From assembly GCA_019429105.1 (NCBI GenBank), contig JAHYJE010000005.1, positions 1,175 to 65,174 of the forward strand: a stretch of 64,000 bases of DNA. The letters are read 5' to 3'. Position numbers and translations under genes: made by a program. Position 1 is the first letter of the stretch. Each line of letters starts with the position of its first letter. Shown piece after piece: positions 1 to 10,394 of this stretch. This stretch comes from Syntrophobacterales bacterium. GTDB lineage: Bacteria; Desulfobacterota; Syntrophia; Syntrophales; UBA5619. The notes below the pieces were generated by a model. That model did not search any database, had not been told where the DNA came from, and saw nothing but the letters and a program-made list of their open reading frames with translations.

Positions 1-316
1 TCCATTGCACTTTCTACGTACGTATCTTCTGATTTGGATTTCGCTTTTGCGGGCTCCCGGAAGCAGGATCCCGCGATCGCTATCCTGTTAATTTTTCGCC
101 CCTCTTGCCCCAGGCTTGCAAGAGCGGTTATCCTGCCTTCATGACGCCCCCAAACCGCTCCGACAGGCGGGAACGGGGGAACGTTAGCCGACTAAGCGGC
201 TAAAGCGTAATCGTAATTATCTGCGATTATGTTTTCCTGCCTGTTTTACGAGGCCTGCAGGAACCTCGGTACGCTTATGCAACTTCAAATATCCCCGTCG
301 AAACCGGGACGCCCCC
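1..316 (-). ncRNA. ssrA: tmRNA (SsrA), 5' about 316 nt; the 3' tRNA-like end lies outside the window
   Basis: The minus strand reads GGGGGCGTCCCGGTTTCGACGGGG at 316->293, the canonical tmRNA 5' acceptor/TLD half. A tag ORF at 224->192 (GCA GAT AAT TAC GAT TAC GCT TTA GCC GCT TAG) encodes ADNYDYALAA-stop. It lies directly downstream of smpB. Confidence 0.85.
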
Positions 317-352
317 AATATCTTTAATAAACCTTGAAAACTTCCTGGCTTT

Positions 353-381
353 AGCCTATGCATCTTTTCCTTTTATGTCAA
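353..381 (-). promoter_or_regulatory. candidate sigma70 promoter for ssrA (TTGACA-N17-TAGGCT)
   Basis: On the minus strand there is TTGACA at 381->376, a 17-nt spacer, and TAGGCT at 358->353. This sits about 35 nt upstream of the mature tmRNA 5' end. Confidence 0.35.
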
Positions 382-479
382 GCCGATATAATAAATGCGA
401 TGTCAACCATGCAATATCTCTTCATGAAACCGTCATCGCATAATACATAAACCCCTGCGGCTGACTTATAGGATACGCC

Positions 480-953
480 CTATCGGTTCCTCTCCCGCAG
501 CCCCCGCTCAATCGCCCGGCGGTCCTCCTTGAGTTTCATATCCTCACGTTTGTCATAGAGCTTCTTTCCCCGGCCCACGCCGATCTCCACCTTTATCTTC
601 CCATTGCGGAAGTACATCCGCAGGGGTATCAGCGAAAGTCCCCTCTCCTGGGATTTTCCGTAGAGGCGGCGAATCTCGCGCTTGTGCAGCAGGAGCTTCC
701 GCACCCGGAGCGGGTTGTGATTCTCCCGGTTGCCGTGCGAATAGGGGCTTATGTGCAAATCGTAGAGAAAAAGCTCCCCGTCCCTGATATTGGCATAACT
801 GTCCTTGATGTTGGCCCGGCCATCGCGGAGGGCCTTTACCTCGGTCCCCTGCAGGACAACCCCGGCTTCATAGGTTTCGTCGATAAAGTAGTTCAGCCTC
901 GCCAGCTTGTTCTGACAGATGGACTTTTCCCCCGTCTCCTTTTTTTCCTTCAT
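480..953 (-). CDS. smpB: SsrA-binding protein SmpB
   Basis: The translation carries SmpB signatures ([35 protein letters not shown]). I chose the ATG at 953 over the upstream TTG at 983. It is adjacent to the tmRNA. Confidence 0.9.
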   Translation of the reverse strand: MKEKKETGEKSICQNKLARLNYFIDETYEAGVVLQGTEVKALRDGRANIKDSYANIRDGELFLYDLHISPYSHGNRENHNPLRVRKLLLHKREIRRLYGKSQERGLSLIPLRMYFRNGKIKVEIGVGRGKKLYDKREDMKLKEDRRAIERGLRERNR

Positions 954-994
954 TTTTCCCGTCTCCCCTGCCAATTCAACCAAGGTCTAATATA

Positions 995-3290
<2,296 letters not shown>

Positions 3291-3364
3291 CAGCTTTGGT
3301 GCAACAAACAACCTGTCGGCGCTAACATTGTTGCCAAAGGAAAGCGCCGCCCGGTTGTGTTTTT

Positions 3365-6004
3365 TTAGAGAAATTTAAACAGACGGCGGCGCAGCGACTC
3401 CATTTGCACCTTGTTTTCCGCCAGCACATAGCGCTTGGTCAATCTCTTTTCTCCCTTTTCCGGCACTTCCTGAATGGCAATGATGCCAACATCCTGCAGG
3501 TATCGTATTGCACTCTGGTAGTTCGACTGCGAAAGAGCCTCCGACCTTCTTATCTCACCCTTGCGGTACATCCTCTCCCCCAAGCCGCGCAGATTCTTGA
3601 GCCACTCCTTTTCCGCTTTCGGCCCTTTCTTCAGATGATAACATCCCCTGATTGCCACCCAGTAAGATTCGGTATAATTTTGCACAAGGCCGGAGAAGGG
3701 CAAAAGTTTCGTTCTTCCCAACCCCTTGACCTCTATCCAGGACTTTTCATCCCGGTCAAACATATCGATCATGCCCTGATCGTAAAAATAGCAAAGTAAC
3801 TCCTTGAGTTCTTCAAGACTGTCTTTCTGGTCATCAAAGATAAATTCATGGCGGAAAAGACGCTTGAAGAAGATGAAATCATTATGAATTCTATTCACTG
3901 GAATCATATCTTCCGCAGTCGCCAGAATGGCTGTCGCGACAAAGCTGAAAGGAATAAAGTAATGCAGGATATTGTTTTTGTAGTACTCAAGATTCAAGCG
4001 CTTGTCATCCTCCAGCGAATAAACAACTTCCTCGACGTCTTCCTCCTCTTCATCCTCTGCCCCCATGCGGGATATGAGCCCGGACTGAGCAAAGAGGTTC
4101 AATGCTTCCGCAGAAGCCTTTTCCCGGTCGGCAAAGGTCATTGCGAACGGCGCCTGGCAATAAGAGAGGCATTTGCAAAAAAGATCAATCACTTCCGTTA
4201 GTTCCCCAAGAGAGATGCCCCGCCGGTCGTAACACAAAAGGGCGGCTGCGGTCAGCGAAAAGGGAGTCACCACGGAAACCTCGTTGATCTCACGGACAAC
4301 CTTATAGCCGATTTGCCGGTAGAGTCGCTGGCGTTCCCCAACCGTCATCTCCTGCATAGGTTTCTCTTGAGCAGCCAAGTAGGACTTCAGCAGAATAGGT
4401 TCACCGACATTCATATAGACACGGCCATATCTTTTTCGCAAGAGGCCGCCGCTCCTGATCATGGCGGTAGCCTTCTCCTTCGCCTTGGGAGCGCCTCCGA
4501 GCTCCTCAAGATAGGCCTTCTCCTCGATCACCCGGTCGTAACCAATATAAACAGGAACCACCGCCAGATCTTCACATGCCTTCTCCTGATAGGCATCGAT
4601 GATCATGGAAAGAAGCCCATACTTGGGCATCACCATCTTTCCGGTCCGGCTGCGCCCGCCCTCGATGAAAAATTCGAGGGGAAGTCCCTCTTTGAGGAGG
4701 GCTTGTACATAGCGGTTTAATGCCTCGGCGTAGAGAACATTGCCCTTGAAACTTCTCCGGAGAAAGAAGGCGCCCGATTTTCGGAAAATGTAACCCATGG
4801 GGAAAAAAGCGAGATTGTTGCCCGCGGCTACAAACGGCATCTGGATGTTGTTTTTGTAGAATATGTAGGAAAGCAGAAGATAATCGAAATGGCTGCGGTG
4901 GCAGGGAATAATAACAAAAGGCATTTTTTTGGAAACCTGCCTAATCTTTGCGAGACCATCTGCATCCACTACAACCCCGTCATAAATGTTGTTCCAGAGC
5001 CAGGTGAGAATTTTTTCCCAAATTTCTACCGCTGTTTCGCTGTAATCGGAGGAAATTTCACGGAGGTATCTTCTGGCCGTTTTTTTGATGGCCGGTAAAT
5101 TGCCTCCGCCCTTCTTTCCTTGCGCCGCCATTTCTTCCATGAACGAGATCATCTTTTTATCCTGCATGATCATTTCCGTTATCTCGTCCCGGGACTTCAG
5201 GAGCGGCCCGACTATCGCCTCCTTTTCTTCATCGATCCTGCCGATCAGCTCCTCCCGAAGCTGGCGCGCCAGAGACTCGCGACTTATATCCTTGTCCGCG
5301 CTTATATATTCAGAGAGATTGACCGGTTCGGTTGAAATAACAGAGACCCTGCTTGCGTACCTCAAAAATGTCACAAACCGGCGCAGCGATCCGGTCGAGT
5401 CGCTCTGGCCGAAGAGAATGTTGAATATATTTTCGTTCTCTCTCTCCCGCCTTCTTCCGTATGTGATCAGTTCCGGGCACAGATATATCGGCACGGCTGA
5501 ACTCTCCTGAATCTCGAGCAACCGTTTGAGCGTCTCTTCAACAAAGTGATTTTCGAATATCTCCGATTCCCCAAGGTGGATAATAACGGTTTTCCCGGCG
5601 TAGACAAGCCTATCGAGATGATTCATCCTTTCTGAATTAACCGTTTTTTTTCTCATTACCCAGTGGGTAAGATGGGAGCTTATTACCCTCAGCGCCTCGC
5701 AAAAAGGCTGCCAGATTATCATGTTGACATCATGGCTGTAAACAGGTTCGGGAATTCCTTTGCGGAGCGCCAGTTCTCTTATAATCAGGCTGTTGAGCTG
5801 ACTTTTGTTTTTTAGAACATAGACGACAACACCCTTTTGTGCGATTGATTGCAGCTTTTCAACTATCTCGTCAGAAACCGCTACTCGTGAAAGCACCTTG
5901 TGGACAAGCAATGAAAAAGGAAAGTTTTGCTCCCGATAAATGCTCCCAGCATGGCGAACACCGATACCGGCAGCGCCCCCTTTTATTCTTGACAGAACGG
6001 ACAT
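3365..6004 (-). CDS. plsB: glycerol-3-phosphate acyltransferase, PlsB type
   Basis: It has the HRSHFDYLLLSY (HX4D) acyltransferase motif, FFIEGGRSRTGK, and a long C-terminal domain. The ATG at 6004 avoids overlap with ptsI. Confidence 0.85.
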   Translation of the reverse strand: MSVLSRIKGGAAGIGVRHAGSIYREQNFPFSLLVHKVLSRVAVSDEIVEKLQSIAQKGVVVYVLKNKSQLNSLIIRELALRKGIPEPVYSHDVNMIIWQPFCEALRVISSHLTHWVMRKKTVNSERMNHLDRLVYAGKTVIIHLGESEIFENHFVEETLKRLLEIQESSAVPIYLCPELITYGRRRERENENIFNILFGQSDSTGSLRRFVTFLRYASRVSVISTEPVNLSEYISADKDISRESLARQLREELIGRIDEEKEAIVGPLLKSRDEITEMIMQDKKMISFMEEMAAQGKKGGGNLPAIKKTARRYLREISSDYSETAVEIWEKILTWLWNNIYDGVVVDADGLAKIRQVSKKMPFVIIPCHRSHFDYLLLSYIFYKNNIQMPFVAAGNNLAFFPMGYIFRKSGAFFLRRSFKGNVLYAEALNRYVQALLKEGLPLEFFIEGGRSRTGKMVMPKYGLLSMIIDAYQEKACEDLAVVPVYIGYDRVIEEKAYLEELGGAPKAKEKATAMIRSGGLLRKRYGRVYMNVGEPILLKSYLAAQEKPMQEMTVGERQRLYRQIGYKVVREINEVSVVTPFSLTAAALLCYDRRGISLGELTEVIDLFCKCLSYCQAPFAMTFADREKASAEALNLFAQSGLISRMGAEDEEEEDVEEVVYSLEDDKRLNLEYYKNNILHYFIPFSFVATAILATAEDMIPVNRIHNDFIFFKRLFRHEFIFDDQKDSLEELKELLCYFYDQGMIDMFDRDEKSWIEVKGLGRTKLLPFSGLVQNYTESYWVAIRGCYHLKKGPKAEKEWLKNLRGLGERMYRKGEIRRSEALSQSNYQSAIRYLQDVGIIAIQEVPEKGEKRLTKRYVLAENKVQMESLRRRLFKFL

Positions 6005-6026
6005 TATTCCCTTTCTTCCGGGCACT

Positions 6027-7805
6027 TCACAGGCTGATTTCGGAAAAATCTTCAGGAAAACGCTTGCGCATCTCTTCTCCGACAAAGGTCTTTATTTCCT
6101 CTAACGAAGAAAGGGTCAACACCTTTTCAAGAAGGGATTCCGCCGCCTTTAAGGTAATCCCCCGGATGATCTTCTTCACCCGGGGAATTGCCAGCGGGTT
6201 CATGCTCAGTTCGTCGAGTCCCATTCCGACAAGAATCATCGTATAGGCCGGCTCTCCCGCCATCTCGCCGCACATCGCCACCCTTATTCCGGCCTTGTGA
6301 CCGGCATCGACAACACTCTTGATCAGTCGCAGCACCGCCGGATGCAGGGGTTCATAAAGATAACTTACCTGCTCGTTGATGCGGTCAATGGCCAGGGTGT
6401 ACTGGATAAGGTCATTGGTGCCGATACTGAAAAAATCAACCTCCCGGGCCAACTGGTCGGCGATAATGACCGCCGAGGGTATCTCGATCATGATTCCTGT
6501 TTCAATTTTCTTCCCTAATTGGATCCCTTCCGACAACAGGTCGTTTTTCACCTCGGCCAAGATGCTTTTCACCTCCCGGATCTCCTCCATCCCGGAAATC
6601 ATCGGAAACATGATCCGCAGTTTCCCATAAACGCTGGCCCGCAGGATTGCACGCAACTGAACCTTAAAAAGCTCTTTCTCCTTCAGGCAAAACCTGATTG
6701 CCCTCATCCCGAGCTGTGGATTCATCTCATGAAAACTTTTTTTATCGGGAAAAAATTTGTCGCCCCCCAGATCAAAGGTGCGGATCGTCGCCCAGGAAAG
6801 TCCTTCCACCCCGACGACAGAACGGTAATTGGCCAGATGTTCCTCCTCGTCCGGCAGTTCCTGGCGGTTTATATAGATAAATTCCGTGCGATAAAGGCCG
6901 ATACCTTCTGCGCCGTGATGAATAGCCGAGGGAATTTCTTCAATAAATTCAATATTACCGCCGATTTCCACCCTGTGATTATCCTTTGTTACCGCAGGCA
7001 GACCTGCGTAATCCAGCAGATCGTCCTGAGCCTTTTCGTAGAGTTTTTTCTTCCATTCATACCGCCTCCTGATCTCAGGATCGGGATTGACAATGACCAC
7101 TCCGGATGAACCATCGATGATAATGTCATCGTTGGTGCTGACTGCACTGGTAATGCTTTTCAAGGCGACAACTGCCGGTATCTCCATCGAGCGGGCAACG
7201 ATGGCCGTATGCGAGGTCTTCCCCCCCACATCCGTGGCAAATCCCAGCACCTTATCGATCTTGAGCTGAGCTGTGTCGGAAGGAGACAAATCAGCGGCGA
7301 TTATAACTACCCCTTCGGGCATCTCGAGCGGGGCATGATGTTTGCAGGCAAGGTTATTGATAATTTTCTGGCCCACATGCTGAATGTCGGTTATCCGGCC
7401 CCGGAGGTAATCATCCTCCATCCGGTCAAACATCTCCTGATACTTTTCCAGCGTCATTCGCACCGCCCATTCGGCGCTGACGGACATCTCCCGGATGTTT
7501 TGCATCGTCAGGTCTATGAACTTCCGATCGCGCATGATCATGATGTGAACATCGATGATATAAAGCGGTTCCATGCCGCCGCCGGAATCAACGAGCTTTT
7601 TTTTCAGTTCCAGAAGCTGTGTTTCCGATTCGTGCAGAGCCTCCAGAAAACGATCAATCTCAGATGGGATCAAATCCGCATCGCCGAGTTTGCAGAACGG
7701 CGCTTGTATGTCCATCCTGTTGAAGAGATACGCCTTTCCTATAACAACCCCGGGGGAGACGCCTATTCCCTTCATCACAAAAGTTTTGGTTTTATCGTCG
7801 TCCAT
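6027..7805 (-). CDS. ptsI: phosphoenolpyruvate-protein phosphotransferase (PTS Enzyme I)
   Basis: It has GGKTSHTAIVARS (active-site His region), GLYRTEF and the SIGTNDLIQY PEP-utilising motifs. The ATG at 7805 follows a GAGGGA Shine-Dalgarno site. Confidence 0.9.
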   Translation of the reverse strand: MDDDKTKTFVMKGIGVSPGVVIGKAYLFNRMDIQAPFCKLGDADLIPSEIDRFLEALHESETQLLELKKKLVDSGGGMEPLYIIDVHIMIMRDRKFIDLTMQNIREMSVSAEWAVRMTLEKYQEMFDRMEDDYLRGRITDIQHVGQKIINNLACKHHAPLEMPEGVVIIAADLSPSDTAQLKIDKVLGFATDVGGKTSHTAIVARSMEIPAVVALKSITSAVSTNDDIIIDGSSGVVIVNPDPEIRRRYEWKKKLYEKAQDDLLDYAGLPAVTKDNHRVEIGGNIEFIEEIPSAIHHGAEGIGLYRTEFIYINRQELPDEEEHLANYRSVVGVEGLSWATIRTFDLGGDKFFPDKKSFHEMNPQLGMRAIRFCLKEKELFKVQLRAILRASVYGKLRIMFPMISGMEEIREVKSILAEVKNDLLSEGIQLGKKIETGIMIEIPSAVIIADQLAREVDFFSIGTNDLIQYTLAIDRINEQVSYLYEPLHPAVLRLIKSVVDAGHKAGIRVAMCGEMAGEPAYTMILVGMGLDELSMNPLAIPRVKKIIRGITLKAAESLLEKVLTLSSLEEIKTFVGEEMRKRFPEDFSEISL

Positions 7806-7827
7806 GCAATCCCTCAGTTTCCTGCCA

Positions 7828-8097
7828 TCAAATCTCACCAAACTTCCCATCGATAAGAATGGAGAGCATTTCCATCGCCTCTGCCGCGTCCATTCCCGTA
7901 ATACGAACTGTCAAGCGGCTCCCCTTGGGACAGTAAAGGGTAAGAATATCAAGAATGCTGCGCCCGTTTACCTCGTAGCCGTCCTTTTCCAGAACTACGT
8001 CCGCTTTGAAGCGATTGGCTGTTTCCACGATCTTTGCGGCTGCCCGGGCATGAATCCCCAACTTGTTCTTTATTTCGAATGTCTTAGCTATATCCAT
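7828..8097 (-). CDS. ptsH: phosphocarrier protein HPr
   Basis: It has the GIHARAAAK (His15) and NGRSILDILTL (Ser46) motifs and is about 89 aa long. Confidence 0.85.
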   Translation of the reverse strand: MDIAKTFEIKNKLGIHARAAAKIVETANRFKADVVLEKDGYEVNGRSILDILTLYCPKGSRLTVRITGMDAAEAMEMLSILIDGKFGEI

Positions 8098-8098
8098 A

Positions 8099-8830
8099 TC
8101 AGATAGAAAGCACCATGCAAAACAGGGCAATCCCATAGAGGAGCTGCTCCGCAGAGATTGCCCGTCGCCCCCCCGCTAAAGAGATTAAAAAAATTACGAC
8201 ACCAATAAGATAACCGACATTTTGCGGCAGCAACTGTCCCGAATATTCAACAGAAACGGATAAAACAGCGCCCACAATGCTCAATATAAACAGCGCCCCA
8301 TAACGCAGCATCTCCGACTCCCGGGGAAGGTCAAGAGCGCGAATATAATTGAAGCCACCCCATCCCGAACAAAAACCATGAAAAAACCCGCCCACCCGAA
8401 CCATTAACTGGGCGGGCGAAAAGAGCATAAGAAAAATAAGCGGGGCATAAAAACTTCCGGATACTGCCAACAACACCGCCCATGCTGAAGAAAAAAGACG
8501 CAACGCTCCCCAGAAAAATGAATCGCCGATTGCGGCATACGGACCCATCAGCGCCTTTTTGAGATCCTCTGCTTCACGCCCCCCTTCGCCATCTTCCTCA
8601 ATCCTGACAACGGAGCCGACAACTGCGGGAACGAGATACGGGTTCGTACTGAACATCTGCAAATGTCTCAAAAGAAAAACTTCCTTATCCTTAAGTTCAC
8701 TTTTTTTTCTTGAGCACATCAAGGGCAGCATGGAAAAGGCGAAGCCCATGCCTTGCATAGTATGAAAATTAAAGGAAATCTGAATGGTCAGTGAACGAAA
8801 AAAAATACCGAGCATCGCTGCTTTTTTCAT
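8099..8830 (-). CDS. PTS mannose/fructose/sorbose family IID-like membrane protein
   Basis: It has IID signatures FFRSLTIQISFNFHTMQGMGFAFSMLP, RHLQMFSTNPYL and LMGPYAAIGDSFFWG. No IIA, IIB or IIC gene lies beside it. Confidence 0.7.
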   Translation of the reverse strand: MKKAAMLGIFFRSLTIQISFNFHTMQGMGFAFSMLPLMCSRKKSELKDKEVFLLRHLQMFSTNPYLVPAVVGSVVRIEEDGEGGREAEDLKKALMGPYAAIGDSFFWGALRLFSSAWAVLLAVSGSFYAPLIFLMLFSPAQLMVRVGGFFHGFCSGWGGFNYIRALDLPRESEMLRYGALFILSIVGAVLSVSVEYSGQLLPQNVGYLIGVVIFLISLAGGRRAISAEQLLYGIALFCMVLSI

Positions 8831-9014
8831 CAGAAGAACCACCACGCACTGATTCAGGTTTTCGGACAAGAGCGGATGGTTCCACCACTAAAAGCAGCCT
8901 GTTTAGGCGCCTATAATAGCGAATCCCTCTACTCCCCCGACCGTGATTTGGATTTGCCTAACACAAACGGTTTTGCAAGTCAATCTATTCGCCAGAATGA
9001 ATGCAGGGATATCA

Positions 9015-9043
9015 GTTCAAGCAACGAAGTTTTCTGCTATAAT
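9015..9043 (+). promoter_or_regulatory. candidate sigma70 promoter (GTTCAA-N17-TATAAT)
   Basis: A perfect TATAAT lies at 9038-9043 and a -35-like GTTCAA at 9015-9020. The motif is in the intergenic region upstream of the PxxKW gene. Confidence 0.3.
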
Positions 9044-9100
9044 TTTTCTTGACATAAAGCTTTTGTTCTGATAGCCAACCGCACGTTTGGGAAGGCAATA

Positions 9101-9147
9101 AACCGGCCTGGGTTTCCAGAATGTTATGGGAAGCAGGCCGGTTTTTT
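9101..9147 (+). terminator. intrinsic terminator-like hairpin plus T-run in the 5' region of the PxxKW gene
   Basis: AACCGGCCTG (9101-9110) pairs perfectly with CAGGCCGGTT (9134-9143). There is an inner TTCC/GGAA extension, and a T-run follows through 9147. Confidence 0.5.
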
Positions 9148-9200
9148 AAGGTGATTTTTCTTCAAATGGAATAAATAGAGAAAGGACGAGGTATAAAAGA

Positions 9201-9482
9201 ATGATTTGCGACACGGTTAAAAAAGGGATTGAGTGTGCTTTCATGGCAAAGAAGGGGTGTGGTTACCCGGGTGGACAATGCAAGCCGGTAATTGACAAAT
9301 GCGAAGGCTGCACAAAGGCGGTTCAATATGAGGCAGTGACTTACTGCGGGGTTTATCCCGATCCTGCCTCCAAATGGCGAACTGGCAAATGCCCAACGGC
9401 AACCCACCTCAAGGCAGACACCAAGGAAGCTCAACAGAAAATAAACCCCTTGAAGGCATCAAAAAGGGCAAACAAAAAATAG
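9201..9482 (+). CDS. PxxKW family cysteine-rich small protein
   Basis: The product is Cys-rich (CDT, CAF, CGYPGGQC, CEGC, YC, KC) and has a PASKW motif. An AGGACGAGG Shine-Dalgarno-like site lies upstream. Confidence 0.65.
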   Translation: MICDTVKKGIECAFMAKKGCGYPGGQCKPVIDKCEGCTKAVQYEAVTYCGVYPDPASKWRTGKCPTATHLKADTKEAQQKINPLKASKRANKK

Positions 9483-9507
9483 ATCCTGGGTTTCAGACCA
9501 AAAGAAC

Positions 9508-9548
9508 AAAAGAGCCGCTGAAAACATTTCGTTCTCAACGGCTCTTTT
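9508..9548. terminator. bidirectional intrinsic terminator between the convergent PxxKW and merR-like genes
   Basis: AAAAGAGCCG (9508-9517) pairs with CGGCTCTTTT (9539-9548). An A-run lies on one side and a T-run on the other. Confidence 0.6.
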
Positions 9549-9583
9549 GGCATTACAGATGCGGACAGTGGTTTTTCTTCCAC

Positions 9584-9919
9584 TCAACCTACTTTATTTC
9601 TGATCCAAAGCAGACCATCCTTGATTTCTTCGATTAGCTCGCCCTGCGACAAACCGCCGGAGGCCCCATCATTGCGCTTGCTGCCCCGCAGATGTTTTCT
9701 GGCCCCATCGATGGTGAATTTCTCCTCATACAGGAGCCTTTTTATAACAAGCAAATTCAGAACATCCTGACGCTTGTAAAGACGCTGATCGGAGCGGGTG
9801 CGAGAAGGCTTTACCTCTTTAAACTCCGATTCCCAATAGCGTACCACGTAAGGAGGCACCCCCAGAATTTTGCTTACCTCGCCGATACGAAAAAAGGTCT
9901 TGTCGGGAACGGTGTCCAT
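9584..9919 (-). CDS. MerR family transcriptional regulator (short, HTH only)
   Basis: It has the MerR HTH sequence FFRIGEVSKILGVPPYVVRYWESEF...RTRSDQRLYKRQDV. Confidence 0.8.
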   Translation of the reverse strand: MDTVPDKTFFRIGEVSKILGVPPYVVRYWESEFKEVKPSRTRSDQRLYKRQDVLNLLVIKRLLYEEKFTIDGARKHLRGSKRNDGASGGLSQGELIEEIKDGLLWIRNKVG

Positions 9920-10090
9920 CAGCCACTTCCAATGCGACGAGCCAGATTATCGACATTTTACGAGAAACACCCCGAACCGTTTCTCTTCCCTCGAACGCGA
10001 GGGGGGTGGAGTTTTTCCATCATTCGTCGAGCCCAGGCCGGGCGTGAAGATAAATTAATTATTCAAGGCACCCCAACACCGCATCCGGTA

Positions 10091-10366
10091 TTAGTCGTTC
10101 AGGGCCTTGCGCAGAACCTGGCTGGACTTGAAGGTCAACACCTTCCGTGCGGAAATGGCAATCTCTTCGCCAGTCTGGGGATTTCTGCCCCGGCGTGATT
10201 TCTTGTCCTTGACCGCGAAATTTCCAAATCCGGAAATCTTTATTTTATCCCCTTCCGCCAGTTTGTCTTTGATTATATCAAAAACAGACTCGACGATCTT
10301 CGCTGAATCCTTTTTGGAAAACCCCAACTTTTCGTACACGTTTTGAATAATGTCTATCTTCGTCAT
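10091..10366 (-). CDS. ihfA: integration host factor subunit alpha (HU/IHF family)
   Basis: It has the HU/IHF fold motifs GFGNFAVKDKKSRRGRNPQTGEEI. It lies immediately downstream of pheT, as in the conserved pheST-ihfA arrangement. Confidence 0.8.
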   Translation of the reverse strand: MTKIDIIQNVYEKLGFSKKDSAKIVESVFDIIKDKLAEGDKIKISGFGNFAVKDKKSRRGRNPQTGEEIAISARKVLTFKSSQVLRKALND

Positions 10367-10394
10367 TTTCCCCTCCTGAATGATTGCTCCTTGA

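Noticed and set aside
3292-3366. A terminator between the convergent eno and plsB genes
   Set aside because: An interrupted hairpin (CTTTGG-GCAACA / TGTTGCCAAAG) exists. However, the T-run is about 20 nt away and overlaps the plsB stop codon. This is too weak to annotate.
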